Shown: piece after piece, positions 23,068 to 33,657 of the stretch | Layout: each line of letters begins with the position of its first letter | Position numbering within the stretch: position 1 is the stretch's first letter | NCBI RefSeq assembly: GCF_963853765.1 | Contig: NC_088859.1 | Coordinates: forward strand, 18,538,001-18,602,000 | DNA from: Magallana gigas | Lineage: Eukaryota | Length of the DNA: 64,000 nucleotides | Direction: 5' to 3' | Translations under genes and position numbers: made by a program | The notes under the pieces: model-generated | Told to the model about the DNA's origin: nothing | Database searches by the model: none | What the model saw: only the letters and a program-made list of their open reading frames with translations

Positions 23068-24731
23068 TATTTAATTTTTTTCACTTTACATGTCTTACAC
23101 TCAGCAACAAAGAGATTGTCTTTGGAATCCATACACAATCCCCATGGACGCTGTATATCACAGTCGTCAATGTAGCGGAGGAACTGTCCGTCCTGCTCAA
23201 AAATATGGATGCGGTTGTTCCAATAGTCTGCTGTCAGTATCCGACTCTGGCTGTCGGTAGTGATACCGACTGGACAAAATGATTCATTGGTAGTAGAAGA
23301 AGGACCAGTGTAGGTAAACCGGAGTTTCCCGGCCTGATTGACCACCACTACTGCCCCGGCTCTATAATCAGCTACGCAGATGTCAAGGTTCTTGTTCTCG
23401 CTGATATACTTGGAGAAATCGCCAAGTGAATAAAGCGGCTCACCATTATCATTTGATTGAATGCTTTGTTTTTCTTTGAAGTCTGGGCTTGAGTAACGCA
23501 CGACTTTTACTTGTTGATAATCATCACTGTCGATGATAACAAGGAAATCGCCGGCAGAAGAAACACATATACTACGAGGTCTCCATCCCTGAAGTTTGGC
23601 AACTCTCTGCAACTTTCTATCTTTCGATATGTTCACTGTTCTTTCATTGTAATCAGTATAAACTGGATACCCACTTGTCACTGCTATGGCCCCTGGTATG
23701 TTTCCTGTTTTGGTTTCAAATGACTTTACTAGTTTTCCCTGGAGATTGACGAGTCTCATGATTTTTTCATTTCCATGCGTCAAGATATAATCATCGCTTA
23801 GACAAGAAACGCCATGTAATTCACTTTGGTTACCATACTCGGTTTTTATTTCTGTAATGATCCGTGGTTCCTCAAGGAGTGGTTTTTCAGAGGGAAAGGT
23901 CTCAGCGTCAGGGGAATCTATTGTGTAACCATCATTATCGCATGTTATACAAAATGCTGACAAAGCACCAAACTGCTGATAAAGCTGTTCTTTATTTATC
24001 TTCTGAGAAGTCAAGCTTGGTAAAGATATTTTGAGTTTAGGAGGCAATCTTCTGAAATCGGCATTCCTGGATTTGTAAGCAAAGACATGAGAGGCATCAT
24101 TGGAATTAAGCAAACCATTCAAATCAGTAATGTTTTGAGTAATTTTAGAAATAGTTTGTGCTATTTCGTCCTCCTGCCTATTTAGAACAGCCAAGTATTT
24201 TGAATCTATTTTATCAAGAGCAGATTTCAGTTTTTTCAAAATGTTATCTATTTCTTTTCGCAAGTCTTCTTCTTGTTTTTCTAAAGCTATTGTCAACTTT
24301 TTAGAGTTGGTATTGATGTTATCTTTCTGAACTGAAATATAAGAGGCAATCTCTTTATATTTTGGATAAATGGATAGCTCAAACTCTTTTAAATCTCTTC
24401 GTATTACTTCTTTCTTATTTTCAATGTGTTTTAAAAACTCAACAAATTCATGGCCTCTATGATCCTCTGAAGAAGCACATGTTGCACATATAGGAATGTC
24501 ACATAGTACGCAATAAAGTTCACATATTTTCGAGGAATGTTTTTGACACTTTGCTGTAGATGCACGCATCTTAAAGGGCACCACCTTGTGGTCTTTAAAT
24601 TCGCTTGAGAGATGTTCTCCCTCACATTCTTTACACAGATGTATGTGACAAATGTCGCAGTACATAGGTGTAACAGGGGTCTTACAGAGATGACACCGTA
24701 ACACATCCTGGGCACAGCGCTTGGGATCCAT
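22965..24731 (-). CDS. Intronless RING-less TRIM-like protein (two B-boxes, coiled coil, NHL-type beta-propeller), 588 aa
   Basis: Starts MDPKRCAQDVLRCHLC (ATG at 24731; the ORF track starts at an upstream TTG). B-boxes CDICHIHLCKECEGEH and CQKHSSKICELYCVLCDIPICATCASSEDHRGH, a heptad-rich middle, and NHL-like repeats (PVGITTDSQSRILTADYWNNRIHI; PWGLCMDSKDNLFVAE). Confidence 0.9.
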   Translation of the reverse strand: MDPKRCAQDVLRCHLCKTPVTPMYCDICHIHLCKECEGEHLSSEFKDHKVVPFKMRASTAKCQKHSSKICELYCVLCDIPICATCASSEDHRGHEFVEFLKHIENKKEVIRRDLKEFELSIYPKYKEIASYISVQKDNINTNSKKLTIALEKQEEDLRKEIDNILKKLKSALDKIDSKYLAVLNRQEDEIAQTISKITQNITDLNGLLNSNDASHVFAYKSRNADFRRLPPKLKISLPSLTSQKINKEQLYQQFGALSAFCITCDNDGYTIDSPDAETFPSEKPLLEEPRIITEIKTEYGNQSELHGVSCLSDDYILTHGNEKIMRLVNLQGKLVKSFETKTGNIPGAIAVTSGYPVYTDYNERTVNISKDRKLQRVAKLQGWRPRSICVSSAGDFLVIIDSDDYQQVKVVRYSSPDFKEKQSIQSNDNGEPLYSLGDFSKYISENKNLDICVADYRAGAVVVVNQAGKLRFTYTGPSSTTNESFCPVGITTDSQSRILTADYWNNRIHIFEQDGQFLRYIDDCDIQRPWGLCMDSKDNLFVAECKTCKVKKIKYCKTRKYGAVQILAPLAQLPLRPKINSAPTIFYI

Positions 24732-26211
24732 TGTCAAACACGTTCATTCATACTTTGAATAAAAAATATAGTTGTAAAAACAGAAATTAATTAATACAGT
24801 TAAATGATCGAAAATTGGTAGGTCTACAAAAATCAGGTTTGAATGACGAAGTAAATAGATAAGGCATGTTTTCTATAGAAAATTAAAAATTAAGATAAAA
24901 TACGCAAAATTCAACGCAGCATTTACAGATATGCAAAACGAAGGTTTGAACAGGTTAAGCACTAGATTGAAAAAGTTAAAAATACGCAGTTTTGTATACA
25001 CACAAGTACCAACATGTATCAACTAAGAATCAATAATCGAAAATTTAAACACTTACTTGCTAATGCAATCCAATCCAATTGCAGATCTTTCAGTTCCACT
25101 TATGATCCAAAGTTAATAACCCTAATTTGATCAGAAATAACGTATAATATGCTAATATAGTTTTATTACAACATATATGGAATAGATTTGGTATCAATAC
25201 TTACAGATAAAAAATTACAAATCTCTTCAACCAAAGATTTATTTTGTGAGGTATCTTCACAGAAGTCTCTTTTAAACACCACGTGATGTGTTAAGGAACG
25301 GGTACTGTGCTATAAAACTGCTGAGGTATTTTTTGCAGATATCTTTGTGTTTCGTTCGTTTTCTTAAGCCAGCTTGAATGTCTCAGCCTTATTGTGTAAT
25401 GAATACAAAACTGCTTTAGAATCAGCATTTTTTTTCTTTTTTTGTTAAAAACTGCATCTGTAGTGTTTAATGGGGTCAAGGACGCAGGCTGTTTGACGTT
25501 TAAAGGGCAAACACCATTCCTATTTCATAATTATATGTATTCTGCGCATGCTCAAGCATAAAAGTAATCTGTAGTAGCAAAACTTCTTAACCATTCTTTA
25601 CTGAGTTTTTAAAAGCATATTATCATATACAGCGCACAAAAGCGTGACCATGTATAGAATATGGTAAGGATCTTGTTTACAAAGAACTGGGAACTCTTCA
25701 TCTGAACAGTGTTTCCCTTGTAACTATATATACCAGCAAATAAAAGATGCACTACAAAGAATAGAGCTGTCGGCTGTGTGATGTGATTGTAGAAATTTTT
25801 TAATCCAATTGTAGAAATCCTAGACTTCCTTATGTTGGCCTGCTATGGGTAAATATATAAACAAGATAATATTGTATCAAAAAAAGAAACATCATGCAAA
25901 CTAACATTTAACAGCAAAATTTTAAATCAAAACAGAATAACAAATTAACATAATTTGTAGATTGAAAGGTTGATTGGTTGAGTGGTTTACATTTAATATC
26001 ATTTTGGACTTTTCTAAAGCCTCTATATTATCTTTAAGAGTAACAGAGGTATACGTAAAAACTTTGTCAAATAGTTAAGAAACATAAAATCATGGTAAAA
26101 ATGATAATTATATAAATTAATGTACAAATTTGGACATATTCAATCCTGTTGTCTCCAGATCATAGTATACAATTGTTTTGGCGTTACCAACATCTGATGG
26201 TCTAGGAATTA

Positions 26212-26262
26212 CTGTGGAATCATTAGATTTCGTGGTGGCTTAATTTTTGTGGATTTCGTGGG
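26212..26262 (+). mobile_element. Single TIR of the family-1 MITE/pogo type
   Basis: TA|CTGTGGAATCATTAGATTTCGTGGTGGCTTAATTTTTGTGGATTTCGTGG, near-identical to the left end of the element at 3094. Confidence 0.8.
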
Positions 26263-26521
26263 AATAAAGACACTGAATTTGTAATTTTTAAATAAAAAAA
26301 TCTCTATATATATGCACAGATTAGAAGTAAAGACGTTTTTAATTTTTATGTTCATATTTTGATGCAAAGAACGCATAGTACATAAAGTTACATTTGTATT
26401 TTACAGCAAAAAATAAAATATTAGAACGCAGTGTGAAGAAGAGACATTAATATTTTATTTATAACATTTAATATTTCAGTTCAATCTTAATTACTACTCA
26501 GTACTGTGGTAGAATGACTCA

Positions 26522-28060
26522 TTACAGTCCCACTTTTTGGAAGCCGCTTTTTATCAGCTCGGGGCGTTTTGACATGTTATGATGAGTGTTAATTATCCAG
26601 TTAGCGTGTAGAGGCTTCACTGTCGATGTTCTTAGATCAACATTGGCATTCCCTTGACCGTCATGGTCAAGCAATTCTAAAACTTGGGTAACTTTACCTT
26701 GTAATCGTAGTTTACGGTCACATCCAACGGCTGGAGCTTATCGGTGCACGCGCCTGGGACATACGGGGCTGAATGTTGTGGCTTTTTAATTTTTCACTTT
26801 AAGAATTCGTGCGATGAGCGGCAAAAATGTCGAAAAAAGCAATGGCCTTCTGGTTGATTCGATTTAACGGAAGTTCCTTTCTAATCTCGTTAAAATATGG
26901 CACGATCACTTTATCCACATATCGCAGCATCGAACTTTCACCCCAGTGAATTTTGGTAAACGTGATATCCCAATCAGAAGGAAACTCTACATTTTGAGGT
27001 AGACAGCGCTCTGTTTTTCCTGCATATATGAGTTGCGGGGGAAGTAAAGTTCCCGATTTCGTTATTCCTAAAAGAAGTGTTATCTGCCGTTCATCATCAA
27101 TTTCGGCGACTGTAACCTGCTTTAATCCTTTTTCCTCCATTGTCCACTCACCCCCGGGAACGAGCTGGCAGCCAGTTTGATCCCAGTTGATAATAAGAGA
27201 ATCCGGGACAGGATACTCACTCACCACATAATTGACTTTTTTCACAAATTCACATTTGTATCGTCAAAATCACTTAGTAAAGTTTTAACAGTCTTTGTCA
27301 CTTTCTATTTCACAAAACCCATACGGCGCATTATTAACCTAGCAAGATGCTTAGTGATTTCGATGTGGCCACCAAACTGGGATAATTTTTTTTTCTGTCG
27401 AACTTGGTCACAACGGGGACCGCCATAACGATTCTCAAATTGATAACACCGCCGTTGAGCCGTTCTTGGCGGATCCAGTTTTGTACCTCACTATCCAAGG
27501 AACCAAACATCAGGGAGTTTCCTCCAAGGGATTTTGGAAGAGCAGCGAGATGTGAATCCCCTTAAAAAGTAATGCATCATATGTATTGCGTATTCATATT
27601 ATTTTTTACGGAGAAAAGTGCGACAATGCTTAATGTAATTTAGTATTTACGTAATATAATGGTAGTTTAAAAATGATTAAATAATATGACATACCAGATG
27701 CTTTTCTTGCTCTTAGATACCGGTCTCGAATGCTTCTTACTGTTGATTCAGACACCAGAATACCAGATACCAGAATTGGCCATAAAGCGCCTTGTTGCCC
27801 TTGCAACACCGTCTTCCACAGCGATTCTGTCAATTTTAGCCCTTTGTTCTTCGTCCAGGTTCTTATATTCATCCCGCTTTTTTTTCCTAGGTCTCGAGAG
27901 AGGACTATCGGTAGTACTACATGTAGTAATAATAGCTTCAGCTGCATCAATTGCAGCTTGGAATATACTGCCGCTTCCCGAGGTTCTGTACAGTCAGACC
28001 AGGAACTGTTGGTGCTGTTGTTTTGAGTTTACCTGTAGTCAACCGCTGTCTCTGCGACAT
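26522..28060 (-). mobile_element. Decayed pogo/Tigger-like (DDE_1-type) transposase gene with one intron (27561-27694)
   Basis: N-terminal EEQRAKI...ESTVRSIRDRYL, CENP-B-like HTH (NGGVINLRIV...GGHIEITKHLARLIMRRMGFVK), and catalytic NWDQTG, FDIFAAH and CTDKLQPLDV. Several frameshifts and stops. Confidence 0.88.
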
Positions 28061-28322
28061 CTTCGAGAAAAATGACCAATATTGCCCACCAAAAACACAT
28101 TGTGGATAAAGTATGAGTCAGATTGGGCCAAGGGGAGGGAAATCTACACCCAAAAATTGAAAGTCACAGGACAAACTTGGCAACTCTTATGTTTTCCTCA
28201 CCTTCTCTTACACACTGTTTACATAGTGGTATATAATAAGATCATACCTTTGGCTAAATATCTATATGATCAATCAAAAATAGACATACATGTACTCTTA
28301 TTGAATTGCTAAATAAAATCAC

Positions 28323-28985
28323 CTAAAACATTTGATGAGTAGCTGTCACCCTCTCTGACTTCTTGGCTCCTAGTTTCTCCACTCCTTTCACTTTTTATTT
28401 TTTGACGTTGCAACTGTGCAAAAAGAAACCAATCTAATTGTTGTCTTGTAAAATGACAAATGAATAGATTTTAATTATAAACAATTTCTATATATTTTTA
28501 CTAATGAAAAGGTTTGATCATATACATACATGTATGCATACATGAAATTTAATATTATAACTATGGTATATTTTGATTTTTGTTGTTGTTGTATGAGCTA
28601 AAAGAAAATTGGTATGGAATTCGTCTATAATATTTTTATATACCTTGAATTCTTTTGTTTTTGAAACTTTTCTTTTGCGATGAACATCTCTGTCTCTGAT
28701 GGAGGTTAGCAAAGTTGTTGCTGACCCAGGTATAAGTCCAAGCTTCTAATGAACCTATAAAGATAGCACTCAATTATCAAAACAAGAAAATGAAAATTAA
28801 TCCATGATTACGTGTACATATATTATTGATTTTTGTGCGAAAAAAAAGAAAGAAAATGCTCCTCTCAAAGTTTTAATACGGCTGCAGAAAGTCTATGTCC
28901 CAAGCTTCCACTCTCACTGTAGTGCTTGTCTTTTGGAGCCTTAAAGCTTTCATTGCAGTTGCTAGAGTCTAGTCTGCTTAGCTTG
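28323..28985 (-). mobile_element. Spliced remnant of a second transposase-like gene (Mutator-like/Kolobok-type C-terminal region)
   Basis: SNCNESFKAPKDKHYSESGSLGHRLSAAVL, then exon 28644-28754 (VH*KLGLIPGSATTLLTSIRDRDVHRKRKVSKTKEFK) and exon 28323-28413 (LQRQKIKSERSGETRSQEVREGDSYSSNVL) with AG/GT ends. Resembles recalled NESF..KAPK..HY..SL..R.AAAV and EVREG.TY.S motifs. Confidence 0.5.
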
Positions 28986-29209
28986 CGGGGATCAAGATCT
29001 CTGAACAATGTCAATAAATCAGTTTTCGTTTCTCATTCTAAACGTTAAGGGAAATTTTGGTTGCGAGAAGGGGGGGGGGGCAGTGCTCCCACTGGACCAT
29101 CTAAAAGGTACTGTTAGCAAGCTCACAAATGATACCCCCGCTAAGAAAAAACATCATAACTCACGTATTTCTCTATTAGAGAATAATGGGTGCTTCTTTT
29201 TCTTATAGT

Positions 29210-29733
29210 GAGTCAAGACAAGACAGGGTATATTTACAGGTCACAAGCAATCTTTATGTCAAACTTTAGCTTTTACTCATTTCCATAAGTACAAGATATG
29301 ACACAGACAGGAATTAAGCATTTTTTAATATGACTTTGAACTTGCGCAACTGACCCTGGGTCAAGTTCATGACACATCATCGGTCATAAGGAATCTGGCT
29401 ATAAAATAGAAACTCCAAAGGTTTCTCCTTAGGAACAAATCATTACACACTCCCAGGTCATAAGCAATCTTTGTGTGAAGTAAGAAATTCCAAAGTAGAC
29501 CGGAAACAAATTTTGCACTTTTCCTGCCAGTGACCTTTACTTTGTCAAATGACCTTGGGTTAAGGTCATGATGCTTCGTCAGATAATAAGTAATATTTGT
29601 ATGAAGTAAAAACTTCCAATGTTTCTCCATCAGAAAGATATGGACCGGACACGAATTTTTGCACAGACAGACGGACGGACAATGTGATTTTTATTTCCCC
29701 CCCCCCCAATTTATTTTCGTGGGGTATAAAAAT
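29210..29733 (+). mobile_element. Non-autonomous Helitron/HINE-like element with internal tandem units
   Basis: Repeated GTCATAAGCAATCTT..GTGAAGTA..AAACTTCCAA and TGACCTT..GTCAAGGTCATGA blocks, a (GACG)n-type microsatellite GACAGACGGACGGAC, and a terminal CCCC..GGGG hairpin. Confidence 0.65.
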
Positions 29734-29959
29734 CCTTTTCGCCCGTGTTTTGCGGCACAAAAAGCGAGCTATATTTTTCAATTATTTCTATCATATCACA
29801 TATAAATAAAATGTATGATTTGTATGCACATTTGAGTTCTTTTCTTGGGTTCTAATGATGTCTTTTCATTGGCATTTGTCAATTTGCATCACTAAATGAT
29901 TTCCAAGTGGTAAGGTATCAAAGTTTTTGAGAAGTTAGATACTGAATTTCTATAGATCA

Positions 29960-30600
29960 AAATTTTAGGTTATGAAAAACAACACTTTTTATATAGTGAA
30001 ACAAAATCTAAAATAGCTTTATGTACTCGTATACATAAAAAAGAAGACGTAGCGAAAGCCATAAAGACTTTATTCATTTCTTCTGTTCTAGACTTTTTTT
30101 CAGATCGGTCGAATAGTTTTCGAGAAATCGTGTGCACAAAATTTGGAAAAAAATAATATGTACGAAAACAATCAGGATAATGTAAAAAAAATCGTTTATT
30201 ACTTAAGAAATAGGTGTGGCAATGAGTTTTCCACATAGATATTGTTACGATCGACAACTTAGCTTCTATAATGCATAACAAAATCTTCATCGTTTTAAGG
30301 TTATTTGTAATAGACTTTACGAGTTGATTGGCCCCAAAATAAAGGGGCCAGCCCTTTTTTCATGGTTTTGTTAGAAAGAACTTTTATTATATATTCTTAA
30401 CAAAATATCAACTGATAAAAAGATATCGACCGAAACGTCCAAAAATTGTTATTCAAAATTTGTACCCAATTTCCGTTGGAAACGGAAGACCTTAATAAAC
30501 AGTACGAAAACAATAAGGTCTTCCACTGGAAATGGAAGACCTTAATTATCAACAGAATCAGTACAAGGTCTTCCGTTGAAAACGGAAGACCTTAATAAAA
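29960..30600 (-). mobile_element. Non-autonomous Helitron/Helentron-like element end with AAGGTCTTCC..GGAAGACCTT hairpins
   Basis: Three hairpin copies at 30471-30595. The minus strand continues with TTTTTTCCAAATTTTGTGCACACGATTTCTCGAAAAC, a core typical of these repeats. Confidence 0.55.
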
Positions 30601-30631
30601 AAATTATGCGATACAAATGATCGAAATTCAT

Positions 30632-30780
30632 ACAATGCAAATGGAAAATCACACAATACAAATGGAAAAATTATACAATAAAAACACAAAATTATACAAT
30701 GCATATAGAAAATTATAGAATACAAATGGAAAATTATACAACACAAATGAATATAAATACAATACAAATGGAAAAGATTG
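30632..30780. repeat. ~21-bp minisatellite (TACAAATGGAAAATTATACAA-like)
   Basis: About 7 degenerate copies visible. Confidence 0.8.
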
Positions 30781-32195
30781 AATATTGCAACGTTTGACAT
30801 GCCATATTAATATCACTCCTCATATTTTGATTTCATTGCGCAGATTATCATTATGTTCAAAATGAATATGATTTTATTTATTTTATCATCACAGAAAGAT
30901 TACAATATCATAATTGCACAACAGTCATAAGGAAAATTCATTTAAATTTAACAAACAAGTTTTTCTGGCAACTATTTTTTTTGTGCGGAAGGTTTTTTTT
31001 TTTAGACGAAAATTACAAAAAAATAAAAAAAACAAGCAATTTTATGAATTTTCAATATACTTTTCTTTTCATTATACTTTAATAATTATTCACAATTATA
31101 ACATTTGATAGGTTTGTAACATATTCTATAGGTTCTGTATGACACGTACAAAAATAAATCTTGAGAGATTGATAGACGTTTAGTATAAAATCGTTCAAAT
31201 ATATAGAAAATGTCTGATTTATTAAAGCCAAATTTTGCGAGAATTTCAATTTATTTTTGAAAATAAATAAATAACTAAAATTTGACATCACCGACCCCCA
31301 TATTTTATTGTGTCAAAATGATACTGAAGACATATCTAGGCAAACTGAATTAATCTTATAAAATTCTTGATTTTCAAAAAGTTTATATTCCAAACCAAAT
31401 TGTAACTACATGTACATGTATTATAGAACTTGTCTATTATAAGTGCAAAAGGGTCAGACAAAAAATTATGCAGCTTCGTATATAACTTTTTTCGTAATCC
31501 CTCTATTCAGTGTGATCATTGTGCTTAATTAAAAACAATATTTGAAGAAATAAGTTTGCTTGATAAAAAATACTGACAATAAATCTTAATCAGGCTGAAA
31601 TTGCATTTTAGGTGCACTGAGGTAAAATTAAATAGGCCATAACTTCAGAGGGATGAAAACTGACCCCCCCCCCCCCATTATCTTTGTATGTTTTTAGCAT
31701 GTTTTGTGTGCAGATTTCAATGATATACTTCTCAAGAAAGTCTTGATATAACAACATTGAGAAGTGAAATACCTTAAATAGAAATATTTTAAACCTTTTC
31801 TTTTCAGGTGGTGCTGGTGATGGGGGTGGGGGGTTGAATATGAATTTACTTGCCGGAAAAGAAAAGGTTGACGGTATGGATTTCTTTACTTAGCGAGCTT
31901 TCATTTTCCAAGGCGAAAAATGAAACTAAAATAATAACAACGTTGGCCAGCTGTTTAACGATTAGCGGATTACAGTGGAGTTATCAGGAGTGGTTAAACT
32001 GATAAGGTTATTATGCAATATCTGATAAAACCACAAGCGTTTATGTGACATATTTGTTGTGCTTGAAAGTCTTGTTAAAAAAAAAATAACCATGCAGTTA
32101 GGTAAGATTCACATACGTTATCGTGTGAATGTGCACGTAAAAGCAGGGGTAATCGGTTGATTGATAATAATAATAAATTCATTTGTGTTTTAGAT

Positions 32196-33598
32196 ATGGA
32201 GCACCAAGCAGAAGTCACAAAAAAGCCCTCAGGGGGCTGGAAAGTATGGAGGATAATTAATTTGTTGTTGGGAGTTTTCTTTATGTTAGCTGCTCTTGTN
32301 NNNNNNNNNNNNNNNNNNNNNNNNNNNNNNNNNNNNNNNNNNNNNNNNNNNNNNNNNNNNNNNNNNNNNNNNNNNNNNNNNNNNNNNNNNNNNNNNNNNN
32401 NNNNNNNNNNNNNNNNNNNNNNNNNNNNNNNNNNNNNNNNNNNNNNNNNNNNCAGGTGCGAGAATTTTAAAGTATTATTATTATGATAACAACTATAGAG
32501 GCTTTAAATAATATTGTATATCAAAATCAAACTATCCGAAGTTAATGTTTCTAAATGTGCTTATAAATACTTTATATGAATTTAAATGCAGTTAATTGGA
32601 AGAAGTAATTTATATAACTTAAAGCCATATTCTTTGATGAATTATTGTCTTCTTAATTTTCAGTTAAATGATTCCGACTGGTACCTATGGATGGTAAGTA
32701 TTGACAGGTATTTAATGGCATTATAAATTTCAAATGAATCACTTCTCTAAAACATAGGATTCAAGACCACGCAGTTATATGCTTAGCAACCTAAACCAGT
32801 TAGAGACTTTGGAAAAATTCTTCTAGAAGTAAATTAAAAGTTTTAAAGCTGCTTGGTCCGATTTTATATCAAATTTTATGCACGCTTTTAAACGATGGCT
32901 ATGCTAAGTTTATGAATAATAATAGACATTGCAGTAGTTTTACCCGTCAATTATGCCAAATTTCAATGAAGAAAAATACGTACAAAATTTGCTAACAAAA
33001 CAAACGACATTAAAAGGTACCGCGTTATTTCGCCTCATGTTAAATTTCACCCCTGACGACGAGACGGGTATGGTTGTATTACGAATTTGACATCGCTTTA
33101 AATAAAGGTCAAAATGATCAGACAAATTACAAATAAACATGTGTACGTTTTGTTCGCTAATATTTCCAAAGTCTGTTCTCTTTACAATTGATGCATAGCA
33201 TGCGGGTTGAATAACCCCAATCATTCGGGGGACGAAACCAAGCGGTCTCCTTTTCTAAACATTCCCGTGATGCATTTTGGTTTGTTTTTTCGTTTGCCCA
33301 AAGAGAAATTATATTTATTTACTTTGAATATTTCTAACTTTGAAAGGAGACTGATTCTGCTCGTGTAAATAGGAGAAAGTCCATAACTTTCTAAGATAAA
33401 TGATTTGTATGAAAAAAAATTTGATACTGTAATTGCAAAAAAATCGGACCAAGCAGCTTTAAATTTACTATGCAACTTGCTGCCAAAGATTTTCAATAAA
33501 TATGATTTTCTGTTTCAAATTTTTAGCCAGTCTATGGAGTTTCTGCTGCATTGTGTCTGCCTTTGGTATTGAAACCACAGTGGTCAGGTATGCCTCTC

Positions 33599-33657
<59 letters not shown>

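Noticed and set aside
24732-24737. TTG start giving MTMDP... for the TRIM-like ORF
   Set aside because: Eukaryotic gene; the in-frame ATG at 24731 (MDPKR) is the plausible start.
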